NCBI GenBank assembly: GCA_036265975.1
Contig: DATAOD010000069.1
Span: 1-60,039 of the forward strand
Reading direction: 5' to 3'
From: Candidatus Limnocylindria bacterium
Lineage (GTDB): Bacteria > Chloroflexota > Limnocylindria > QHBO01
Length of the DNA: 60,039 nucleotides
Shown here: positions 52,991 through 60,039 of the stretch, piece after piece
Layout of the letters: every line of letters starts with the position of its first letter
How positions within the stretch are numbered: the stretch's first letter is position 1
Translations under genes and position numbers: made by a program
The notes under the pieces: model-generated
Database searches by the model: none
What the model was told of the DNA's origin: nothing
Seen by the model: only the letters and a program-made list of their open reading frames with translations

Positions 52991-54648
52991 CTGCCCGCAG
53001 CGGCGCGGAGCAGCGCGTCGGCTGCCGCGCGAGCCTCGTCACCCGCGCCCTCTCCCGCCAGCATGGCTGCCAGCTCCGCGCCCCGCTCCTCCGCGTTCAG
53101 CACGCGAGCATCGGCAACCGTCCTGCCTTCGCGCGTGCGCTTGCCGATGTGCACGTGCGTTTCCGCCAGCGCTGCGACCTGCGCGAGATGCGTGACGCAC
53201 AGGACCTGGTGGTAGCCCGACAGCGCCCGTAGCCGCTCTCCGAGGGCAGTGGCGTGGCGACCGCCGACCCCGGCGTCCACCTCGTCGAAGACGAGCACCG
53301 GCGTCTCGTCGGCGGCGGCGAGGACCACCTTCAGGGCCAGCGACAGCCGGCTTGCCTCGCCGCCGGACGCGATCCGGGATAGAGGCCGCGGCGGCTCACC
53401 GGGATTCGGCGCGAAGGTGAACGTGGCGCGGTCACCGCCACCGGGGCCGATCTCCACAGCCTCGAGCCCCACGCCGAAGCTGTCAGACGGCAATCCGAGC
53501 GGCGGCAGCTCGGCGTTGACCCGAGTCGCGAGTGCACTGGCAGCGTCCCTTCGCGCCGCACTCAAGGCTCCAGCCGCGGTTTCGAGCCTCGCCCGGCGTT
53601 TCGCTTCCTCGATGCGGAGGCGCTCGCGGGCGCCCTCCTGATCCTCCAGGCGTGCCAGCTCCACCGCGGCCGACTCGCCGAAGGCGATCACCTCATCGAG
53701 CGTCTGCCCGTACTTGCGGCGCAGGTCGTACAGCAGCGCCAGGCGCTCCTCGAGCGCGGCGCGTGCGGCGGGATCGAGGTCCACCGCCTCTGCCTGCGCG
53801 GCCGTGTCACGGGCGAGCTCGGTCGCCTCGGCCTCGAGGGCGGTCGCGCGCTCGGCCAACGAGGCGAAGCGCTCGTCCAGCGCGGCCGCCTGGCCCAGCT
53901 CCATGCCGGCGGCGCGCAGCGCGTCCAGGCCGCCGGACTCGTCGCGCAGCGCGCGGACCGCGGCATCTGCGGCGCGAGCGATGGCCTCAGCGTGGGTTGC
54001 CACTCGCAGCTGCTGCTCAAGCTCCTCGTCCTCGCCGGCCCGCGGGCCGGCGGCTGCGACCTCATCGGCCTGGTGACGCAGCAGCTCCACGCGACGCGCC
54101 AGCTCGTGCGGATCGGCCAGCATCTCGGCCGACTGGGCGACGGTCGCGCGCCATACGGCATGGGCCGCCCCGACGGCGGCGAGCTGCTCCTCCAGGCCAC
54201 CGAAGCGGTCGAGCAGGGCAAGCTGGCGGTCGGCGGCCAGCAGGCGCTGCTGCTCGTGCTGGCCGTGGATCTCGGCCAGGCGCTCCCCGAGGGAGGCGAG
54301 GCCACCCACCGTCACGCTGCGATCATTCACGCGCACGAGCGAACGGCCGTCGACACCGACCTCGCGACGCACGATAGCCTGGCCCTCGCCTGCGGCGAGC
54401 ACGTCGCCCAGCGGATCATCCGGGATTGCCGCCACGTCCTCGAACACCGCCTCGACCCGGGCAGCATCGGCTCCGGATCGCACCTGGTCACTGGCGGCTC
54501 GCGCGCCAAGGGCAAGCGCCAGCGCGTCGACGATGAGCGACTTCCCCGCCCCGGTCTCCCCGGTCAGCACCGTGAAGCCCGGAGAGATCGGCAGCCGGAT
54601 GCGCTCGATCACAGCCAGGTTCTCGACGGTGAGCTCGGTCAGTGACAT
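52987..54648 (-). CDS. recN: DNA repair protein RecN
   Basis: Walker A GETGAGKS, long coiled coil, C-terminal SGGEASRLSLAL and VLVFDEVDAGVGG. Confidence 0.92.
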   Translation of the reverse strand: MSLTELTVENLAVIERIRLPISPGFTVLTGETGAGKSLIVDALALALGARAASDQVRSGADAARVEAVFEDVAAIPDDPLGDVLAAGEGQAIVRREVGVDGRSLVRVNDRSVTVGGLASLGERLAEIHGQHEQQRLLAADRQLALLDRFGGLEEQLAAVGAAHAVWRATVAQSAEMLADPHELARRVELLRHQADEVAAAGPRAGEDEELEQQLRVATHAEAIARAADAAVRALRDESGGLDALRAAGMELGQAAALDERFASLAERATALEAEATELARDTAAQAEAVDLDPAARAALEERLALLYDLRRKYGQTLDEVIAFGESAAVELARLEDQEGARERLRIEEAKRRARLETAAGALSAARRDAASALATRVNAELPPLGLPSDSFGVGLEAVEIGPGGGDRATFTFAPNPGEPPRPLSRIASGGEASRLSLALKVVLAAADETPVLVFDEVDAGVGGRHATALGERLRALSGYHQVLCVTHLAQVAALAETHVHIGKRTREGRTVADARVLNAEERGAELAAMLAGEGAGDEARAAADALLRAAAGR

Positions 54649-54663
54649 CTGTTCATTCGGCGC

Positions 54664-55497
54664 TCAATACGGCAGCCGCGAAGCCTTGGTGCGCAGCAGG
54701 TCGTAGAACGGCGTCGCGCCGCTGGGCTCGATCAACCGCAACGGCACCTCGAGCGCACGCACCTCGACACGGTCGCCGGCAAGCATCGGTAGATCCCATT
54801 GCCCGTCCACCGACACCACCGCGCCCGCCGGCGCGGCCCGCAGCGTCAGCGTGACCACGTGCTCCTCGCCGGCCACCACGCTGTGCAGCGAGCTGAGGTA
54901 GGCGGCCACCGGAGTGATGATCACGTTGCGCAGCCGCGGGTCCAGGATGGAGCCACCGGCGCTGAACGAGTAGGCAGTGGAGCCAGTCGGCGTGGCCACC
55001 ACCACGCCATCGGCCACGTAGGTCGCCAGGTGGCTGCCGCTGACGTCGACCTCGATCTGGATCATCCGCACCCGCGACCCACGGGCCAGCACCACCTCAT
55101 TCAGGCAGGAGTGGCTCTCCTGGCTGCCATCGGCCCGGAACAGCGTGGCCTGGATCCGGAAGCGCTCGTCCACGCGGTAGTCTCCGGCCGCCACCTGGTC
55201 GAGCGATCGCTCCAGGGCATCCACCTCGACCTTGGCGAGGAAGCCGACCCTGCCCAGGTTGACGCCCAGCGCCGGCACGCCGTTGTCGCCGATGGCGCCC
55301 GCCGTCCGCAGGAACGTGCCGTCCCCACCCAGCACGCAGACCACGTCCGTGCCCGCGCAGGCCTCCGCAATTCGGTCCCGATCCTCCGCGGCGGCCTCCC
55401 AGGCCTCGGCGCCATGCGACTCGCACCACGCTCGGCCGCGAGACAGCGCGGCAACGGCATCGGGGTCGGTTGGGTTGTACGCGAAGCCGATCCGCAT
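54664..55497 (-). CDS. nadK: NAD kinase
   Basis: GGDGT motif (VLGGDGTFLR), NLGRVGFL, and TPTGSTAYSFSAGG. Confidence 0.9.
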   Translation of the reverse strand: MRIGFAYNPTDPDAVAALSRGRAWCESHGAEAWEAAAEDRDRIAEACAGTDVVCVLGGDGTFLRTAGAIGDNGVPALGVNLGRVGFLAKVEVDALERSLDQVAAGDYRVDERFRIQATLFRADGSQESHSCLNEVVLARGSRVRMIQIEVDVSGSHLATYVADGVVVATPTGSTAYSFSAGGSILDPRLRNVIITPVAAYLSSLHSVVAGEEHVVTLTLRAAPAGAVVSVDGQWDLPMLAGDRVEVRALEVPLRLIEPSGATPFYDLLRTKASRLPY

Positions 55498-55839
55498 CTA
55501 CTCGTCCGGCTCGCGCCGTCGGGCCGGGCCAATGCGCGCGGCGATGTCGGCAACCTGCCGTCGCAGCGCGGCGATCTCACTGCCGATATCCTCCTGCACC
55601 GCGGCGTATGAGCGGTCCAGCCCGGCCGCGATCAATGCCCGCATCAGGCTGGACGGCGACACGCCACGCGCCCGAGCCGCCTGCTCCACGCGCACCAGCA
55701 GCGCATCGGGCATCCGAAGCGAGACGATCTGGCGCATCGTGTCCGGCGCAGGCTCGTGGACGGCCGGCGGAATGACCTCCAGCCCCTCGAAGCCGACGCT
55801 CAGCTGCTCCCCGGGCGCCTGGGCGCTGCGCTTTCTCAT
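55498..55839 (-). CDS. Hypothetical ribbon-helix-helix (CopG-like) protein
   Basis: VSLRMPDALLVRVEQAARARGVSPSSLMRALIAAGL is a beta-strand plus two helices pattern. The stop abuts the nadK ATG with no spacer. Confidence 0.5.
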   Translation of the reverse strand: MRKRSAQAPGEQLSVGFEGLEVIPPAVHEPAPDTMRQIVSLRMPDALLVRVEQAARARGVSPSSLMRALIAAGLDRSYAAVQEDIGSEIAALRRQVADIAARIGPARRREPDE

Positions 55840-55865
55840 CCGGCGCGAATCGTAATACGCCGCAC

Positions 55866-56654
55866 CTAGCCCGATGGAGCCGCCACCACCCGAATGCGCT
55901 CCGCCAGCGCCTCCGGCGCCATACCCGGCGGATCCGCCAGGAGCGCCAGGAACTCCACGTTCCCGTCCCCACCCACGATCGGCGAGCGCATCAGGCCCTG
56001 GACCGCGAAGCCGTTCGCCTGCGCGGCATGCGCGAAAGTCTGCAGCACCTCGGCGTGCACGGCGGGATCGCGTATGACACCGCCGCGCGGCACGGCTGCC
56101 TTCCCCGCCTCGAACTGCGGCTTGACCAGCGCGATCACCCGTCCAGTCGCGCCCACCAAGCGTCGCACCGCCGGCAGCACGAGTCGCAGCGAGATGAACG
56201 AGAGGTCAAGCGTGGCGAGCTGGATCTCATCCGGCAGCGCCGCCAACGTGCGCAGGTTGGTGCGTTCCATGCTCAGTACCCGCGGATCGCGGGCCAGCCG
56301 ATCCAGCAGCTGCGCGCGGCCAACGTCAACGGCATAGATGCGTGCGGCTCCGCGCTCGAGCAGCACGTCGGTGAAGCCGCCGGTGGACGCACCGGCATCC
56401 AGCGCGACCAGGCCGGCCGCATCAACGCCGAATGCATCGAGCGCCGCGGCCAGCTTGTTGCCCGCGCGGCTCGCCCAGCGCGGCCGCCCGCGGATCCGCA
56501 GCTGGACGTCGTCGGCGAACAGGTTGCCCGGCTTCAGGGTGCGGCCCTCGCCCTCGATCTCCACCTCGCCGGCAAGCAGCATGGCCTGGGCGACCGCTCG
56601 GCTGGGTGCCAGCTTCCGGTTCACGAGGAGCTGATCGAGGCGAACGCGTGGCAC
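55866..56654 (-). CDS. tlyA: TlyA-family rRNA (cytidine-2'-O)-methyltransferase
   Basis: N-terminal S4 domain (RLDQLLVNRKLAPSRAVAQ), SAM motif LDAGASTGGFTDVLL, and the FtsJ-like KPQFE. Confidence 0.88.
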   Translation of the reverse strand: MPRVRLDQLLVNRKLAPSRAVAQAMLLAGEVEIEGEGRTLKPGNLFADDVQLRIRGRPRWASRAGNKLAAALDAFGVDAAGLVALDAGASTGGFTDVLLERGAARIYAVDVGRAQLLDRLARDPRVLSMERTNLRTLAALPDEIQLATLDLSFISLRLVLPAVRRLVGATGRVIALVKPQFEAGKAAVPRGGVIRDPAVHAEVLQTFAHAAQANGFAVQGLMRSPIVGGDGNVEFLALLADPPGMAPEALAERIRVVAAPSG

Positions 56655-56757
56655 GTCCGCGATCCTATCCCGTCACGATGGCGCGCAACTGTTCCGATCA
56701 TCGGAACAGTTGTGGAATGGGGTTTGCCTGGGATGGGCAGAAGGTGGTCGAGCCGCG

Positions 56758-58722
56758 TCAGGCTACGCTGACTCCCTCGCCTCGCGACGCGGCCCCGTTG
56801 CGTGCGCTGGGTCCCAGTGCCTCGCGGACCTGGTCCAGGATGCCTTCGACATCGATCCCCTGCTGCCGCCGCAGGTCCTCGACCGCCCCGTGGTGCACGA
56901 ATCCCTCGGCCAGGGCGATTTTCAGCAGAGGAACGTGGATGCTCCCGCGGTTGAGGGCATCCAGCACTCCATCCCCGAAGCCGCCCATGGCGGCCGACTC
57001 CTCGCCGGTCACCACCAGGCGCTTGCCGCGGCCATGCGCCACCAGGCACGCCTCGTCCAGCGGCTTTGCCCATCGGGCGTTGATCACGGTGGCGGTCAGG
57101 CCGCGCTCCGATTCCAGTGCATCGGCCGCGGAGATCAGGCGCTGGACAATCGGGCCGAACCCTACCATCAGCAGGTCAGACCCCTCGCGCAACACCTCGG
57201 CCCGCCCGATCTGCAGAGGCTGACCATCGCGATCGGGAAGGTCCTGGCCGGCGTCGCGCGGGTAGTGCAGCGAGATTGGGCCGTCATGCGCCAGGGCGGT
57301 CACCACCATGTCGCGCAACTCCTGCTCGTCCTTCGGCGAACCGATCACCAGGTTCGGCAGCGATCGCTGAGCCGGCAGCGTGAACATGCCCTGGTGGCTG
57401 GTGCCGTCCTCCCCCACCAGCCCGGCCCGATCGATTGCCAGCACCACCGCCGCGTTGTTCTGGCACACGTCGTGGACCAGCTGGTCGTAGGCACGCTGGC
57501 TGAAGGTCGAGTACAGCGCCACGACCGGCCGCAGCCCGGCGAGCGCCAGGCCCGTGGCCATGGTCACCGAGTGCTGCTCGGCAATCCCCACGTCGAAGAA
57601 CCGTGACGGGTATCGGTCGGCGAAGCGCGACAGACCGGTCCCGGTCGGCATCCCGGCGGTGATTGCGCAGATGCGCGCATCGGCCTCCGCCAGGCGCACG
57701 AGCTCCTCGACGAAGGTCTGGGTGTACGTCTTCGGCCTGGGCTGCGGAGCCGATTCGGGCGGCAGCGGCTCCTCGGTGGGATCGATCAGGGTCAGGTCCA
57801 CCGGCGGCAGGCTGGCGCCGTGGAACGAGACGCTGTCTTGCTCGGCCGGGGCGTAGCCCTTGCCCTTCACCGTCTTGACGTGCACCAGCACCGGGGCGCG
57901 CAGCGCGAAGGCGCGCTCGAACGTCGCCTCCAGCTCCCCCAGGTCGTGCCCGTCCAGCACGCCGATGTAGGTGACGCCCATGTCCTCGAAGAAGCCCACC
58001 GACGCCCAGGACCGTTTGAAGCCCTCCTTGGCCCAGGCCAGCAGGTCGTACACGGGGCGGCCCAGCAGCGGAATGCGCGGCAGCGTGCGCATCGTCGCGG
58101 ACTTGGTGCCCTGGTAGGCACGCGTCAGGCGCAGCTTGTTCAGGCGGGTGGAGAGGCCACCGACCGACGGGCTGATGCTCATCTCATTGTCGTTGAGCAC
58201 GATCAGGAGCCGATGGCGGGTATGGCCCAGGTGGTTGAGCGCCTCCAGGGTCAGGCCGGACTGGAGGGCGGCATCGCCGACCACCACCGCGATCCGCTGG
58301 CGACGCGCCGGATCGTCGGCCTCCTTCAAGTCGCGCGCCGCGGCCAGGCCCACGCCGATGCTGACCCCTGTGCCGGCATGCCCGCCGTCGAACACGTCGT
58401 GCTCGCTCTCGCTGCGGCGCGGGAACCCGCCGATGCCGTCCAGCTGGCGCAGCGTGTCGAACCGATCGGCGCGGCCCGTGAGCAGCTTGTGGGCGTACGC
58501 CTGGTGCCCGGTGTCCCACACGATCCGATCGCGCGGCGAATCCATGATGCGGTGCAGCGCCAGCGTGATCTCGACCGTGCCGAGCGAGCTGGCCAGGTGG
58601 CCGCCGGTGTCGTGGACGGTGCGGATCATCTTGGTTCGCAGCTCACCAGCCAGCGCCGTCAGCTCGGCGCGGCTCATGCCACGCAGCTGCGCCGGGTCAT
58701 TCAGCGTTTGGAGAAGCGCCAT
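56758..58722 (-). CDS. dxs: 1-deoxy-D-xylulose-5-phosphate synthase
   Basis: GGHLASSLG, the GDG-x-N ThDP box (VVGDAALQSGLTLEALNH...LNDNEMSI), and the DVGIAEQHSVT motif. Start trimmed to the ATG at 58722 (MALLQTLNDP). Confidence 0.92.
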   Translation of the reverse strand: MALLQTLNDPAQLRGMSRAELTALAGELRTKMIRTVHDTGGHLASSLGTVEITLALHRIMDSPRDRIVWDTGHQAYAHKLLTGRADRFDTLRQLDGIGGFPRRSESEHDVFDGGHAGTGVSIGVGLAAARDLKEADDPARRQRIAVVVGDAALQSGLTLEALNHLGHTRHRLLIVLNDNEMSISPSVGGLSTRLNKLRLTRAYQGTKSATMRTLPRIPLLGRPVYDLLAWAKEGFKRSWASVGFFEDMGVTYIGVLDGHDLGELEATFERAFALRAPVLVHVKTVKGKGYAPAEQDSVSFHGASLPPVDLTLIDPTEEPLPPESAPQPRPKTYTQTFVEELVRLAEADARICAITAGMPTGTGLSRFADRYPSRFFDVGIAEQHSVTMATGLALAGLRPVVALYSTFSQRAYDQLVHDVCQNNAAVVLAIDRAGLVGEDGTSHQGMFTLPAQRSLPNLVIGSPKDEQELRDMVVTALAHDGPISLHYPRDAGQDLPDRDGQPLQIGRAEVLREGSDLLMVGFGPIVQRLISAADALESERGLTATVINARWAKPLDEACLVAHGRGKRLVVTGEESAAMGGFGDGVLDALNRGSIHVPLLKIALAEGFVHHGAVEDLRRQQGIDVEGILDQVREALGPSARNGAASRGEGVSVA

Positions 58723-59021
58723 GCGTGCTCCAGATCGGGGTGATGGCGGCCGAAAGTATATGCCGATGCCCTGACGATCTCCTGTGGGGAGCTCGTTGCA
58801 ACCGGTGCTACGCTGCTGGAGCAAGGTGCCCGAATATCGGCCGATGGCGCTGGGTACGGCCATCGCCGTGACGGAGAACTGGCAGTGGCCGGCGTGCCCC
58901 AGGCGGCCAGCGACCCCGCCACGACCGCGACCGCGACCGGCGCCTCCACGAAAGGGGGTGCACCCCACTGGAGCGCGACGCGAGACCCAGTTTCCGTTGA
59001 CTGAGCTCTTTGGAGGGAGTC

Positions 59022-59825
59022 GTGAAACGCCTTGCGATCGTAGGCGGCATTGCCGCCATCCTCAACCTCGCCCTGATTTCGCCGGCGCTGGCCGCCGCGC
59101 CAGGTAACGACACGTACGCAGGCCGGACCGTTATCGGTTCGCTGCCGTTCACGGAAAGCGTGGACACCACCGAAGCAACGACGGACGCCGACGACGCCGA
59201 CATCAACGGCGATTGCGGGGCGCCCGCCACCGACGCGAGCGTCTGGTACGAGCTGACCGCCGCCAACGACGAGACGCTTGTCGTGGACGTGGCAGCATCG
59301 GACTACAGCGCCGGGGTCATCATCGCCACCGGCAGCCCCGGGACGTTCTCCTTGGTGAGCTGCGGACCGGGCGCCGTGCCGTTCTTCGCCACGGCCGGCG
59401 AGACCTACGCCATCCTGGCCTTCGACGACCAGGAGGACGGGGCCGGCAGCGGTGGCACGCTGGAGATCACCGTAGACACCGCCCCGCCGCCGCCAACCGT
59501 CGACGTGACTGTTGATCCGGTCGCGCACTTCGACCCGAGCACCGGCTCGGCCACGGTGACCGGAACGGTCACCTGCTCGGGTGACGGCTTCGACAACTTC
59601 ATCGAGGTCGACCTGCGGCAGCGCGTTGGCCGGCTGTTCGTCACCGGGTTCGGCGGCACGGGGTTTACCTGCGACGGCACGACCCAGGAGTGGGCGGTCG
59701 AGGTGTTCGGCGATAACGGCCTGTTCAAGGGCGGCCACGCCGCCTCGGTGACGTTTGCCGTCGCCTGCGGCGCACTCGAGTGCGGCGCGGACGAGGAGGA
59801 CGTGACGATCCGGCTGCGCCGGTAG
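59022..59825 (+). CDS. Secreted protein with PPC-like (pre-peptidase C-terminal-type) N-domain
   Basis: GTG at 59022 is preceded by GGAGGGA. Signal peptide ends ALAAAPGNDTYAG. GND...A..I...SVWY pattern of PPC-type domains. Second Cys-containing beta-rich domain. Confidence 0.62.
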   Translation: MKRLAIVGGIAAILNLALISPALAAAPGNDTYAGRTVIGSLPFTESVDTTEATTDADDADINGDCGAPATDASVWYELTAANDETLVVDVAASDYSAGVIIATGSPGTFSLVSCGPGAVPFFATAGETYAILAFDDQEDGAGSGGTLEITVDTAPPPPTVDVTVDPVAHFDPSTGSATVTGTVTCSGDGFDNFIEVDLRQRVGRLFVTGFGGTGFTCDGTTQEWAVEVFGDNGLFKGGHAASVTFAVACGALECGADEEDVTIRLRR

Positions 59826-59853
59826 CTATTGCCAGGGGGTGGCGGGCCGCCCG

Positions 59854-60039
59854 CTACCCCCTGCGCCCATCGGCCTCTAAGGCGTCAGGATCCGGGCCAG
59901 CCTCCACCGGTTCCTCATTCAGCCCACGGCCCAGCTGCGAGATCGTCAGCTCCGCCTCGCGCAGCCGCGCCTCGCAGGCGGCGTGCAGCTCCAGGCCGCG
60001 CCGGTACAGCTCGATCGACTCCTCGAGCGGCAGGTTGCC
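59854..60039 (-). CDS. xseB: Exodeoxyribonuclease VII small subunit (partial, N-terminus beyond window)
   Basis: Hand translation of the reverse strand gives ...GNLPLEESIELYRRGLELHAACEARLREAELTISQL..., matching the XseB helical-hairpin signature. Stop TAG at 59854-59856. Not in the ORF track because it has no start within the window. Confidence 0.7.
   Translation of the reverse strand, partial: GNLPLEESIELYRRGLELHAACEARLREAELTISQLGRGLNEEPVEAGPDPDALEADGRRG

Noticed and set aside
54643-54654. Possible LexA/Cheo-type SOS box over the recN start codon
   Set aside because: TGAC-ATCT-GTTC matches only one perfect half-site of GAAC-N4-GTTC (6 of 8). Without the genome's own LexA motif, this is within chance.
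58922-58939. Tandem CGACCG x3 as a CRISPR or VNTR-like repeat
   Set aside because: Only three 6-nt units with no spacers. This is a trivial GC-rich microrepeat.
58723-59021. TPP riboswitch in the dxs leader
   Set aside because: I could not find the conserved CUGAGA / ACCUGAUCUGGAUAAUGCCAGCG-like cores on the dxs strand. dxs is not a typical TPP-riboswitch target.

Overview
High-GC chromosomal segment (spot counts of 60-nt lines give about 65-72% GC). It is densely packed and mostly housekeeping. I call about 65 protein genes, mostly on the minus strand, and two tRNAs: tRNA-Arg(CCT) and tRNA-Pro(GGG). Gene order dxs / tlyA-nadK-recN-xerD / scpA-scpB-rluB-cmk / plsC / der / gpsA mirrors the conserved Actinobacteria-type arrangement, so this is core genome of an actinobacterium-like (possibly Chloroflexota-like) organism.

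Other blocks:
- Left end: redox genes (ccdA, glutaredoxin-like, cupredoxin), then nrdR-dcd.
- An acyl-CoA dehydrogenase-etfB-etfA operon, with an EtfD-like membrane Fe-S oxidoreductase 6.7 kb away.
- Molybdenum cofactor genes (moeA, fused moaC/moaB).
- An ABC-2 exporter with a GbsR/MarR regulator.
- Two large adenylate/guanylate-cyclase-STAND-TPR proteins.

I do not see CRISPR arrays, rRNA, transposases, integrases other than chromosomal xerD, or a recognisable defence or biosynthetic cluster. No multi-gene system here is convincingly novel.

The observations most worth a second look:
1. A ~4.8 kb lower-GC islet (25.9-30.7 kb), bounded by tRNA-Pro and a 12-nt direct copy of its 3' end. It has no integrase and carries a sulfotransferase plus several exported proteins.
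2. An AT-rich intergenic element at 44.3 kb built from 3-4 copies of CCTAATTCAC in nested inverted orientation.
3. The two non-identical cyclase-STAND-TPR proteins.
4. An in-frame RluB-Cmk fusion.
5. Candidate NrdR boxes in front of an nrdR-dcd operon.

Many long ORFs in the six-frame track are antisense or alternate-frame artefacts of the high GC content. Several real genes have spurious N-terminal extensions in the track, and I trimmed these to motif-supported starts.
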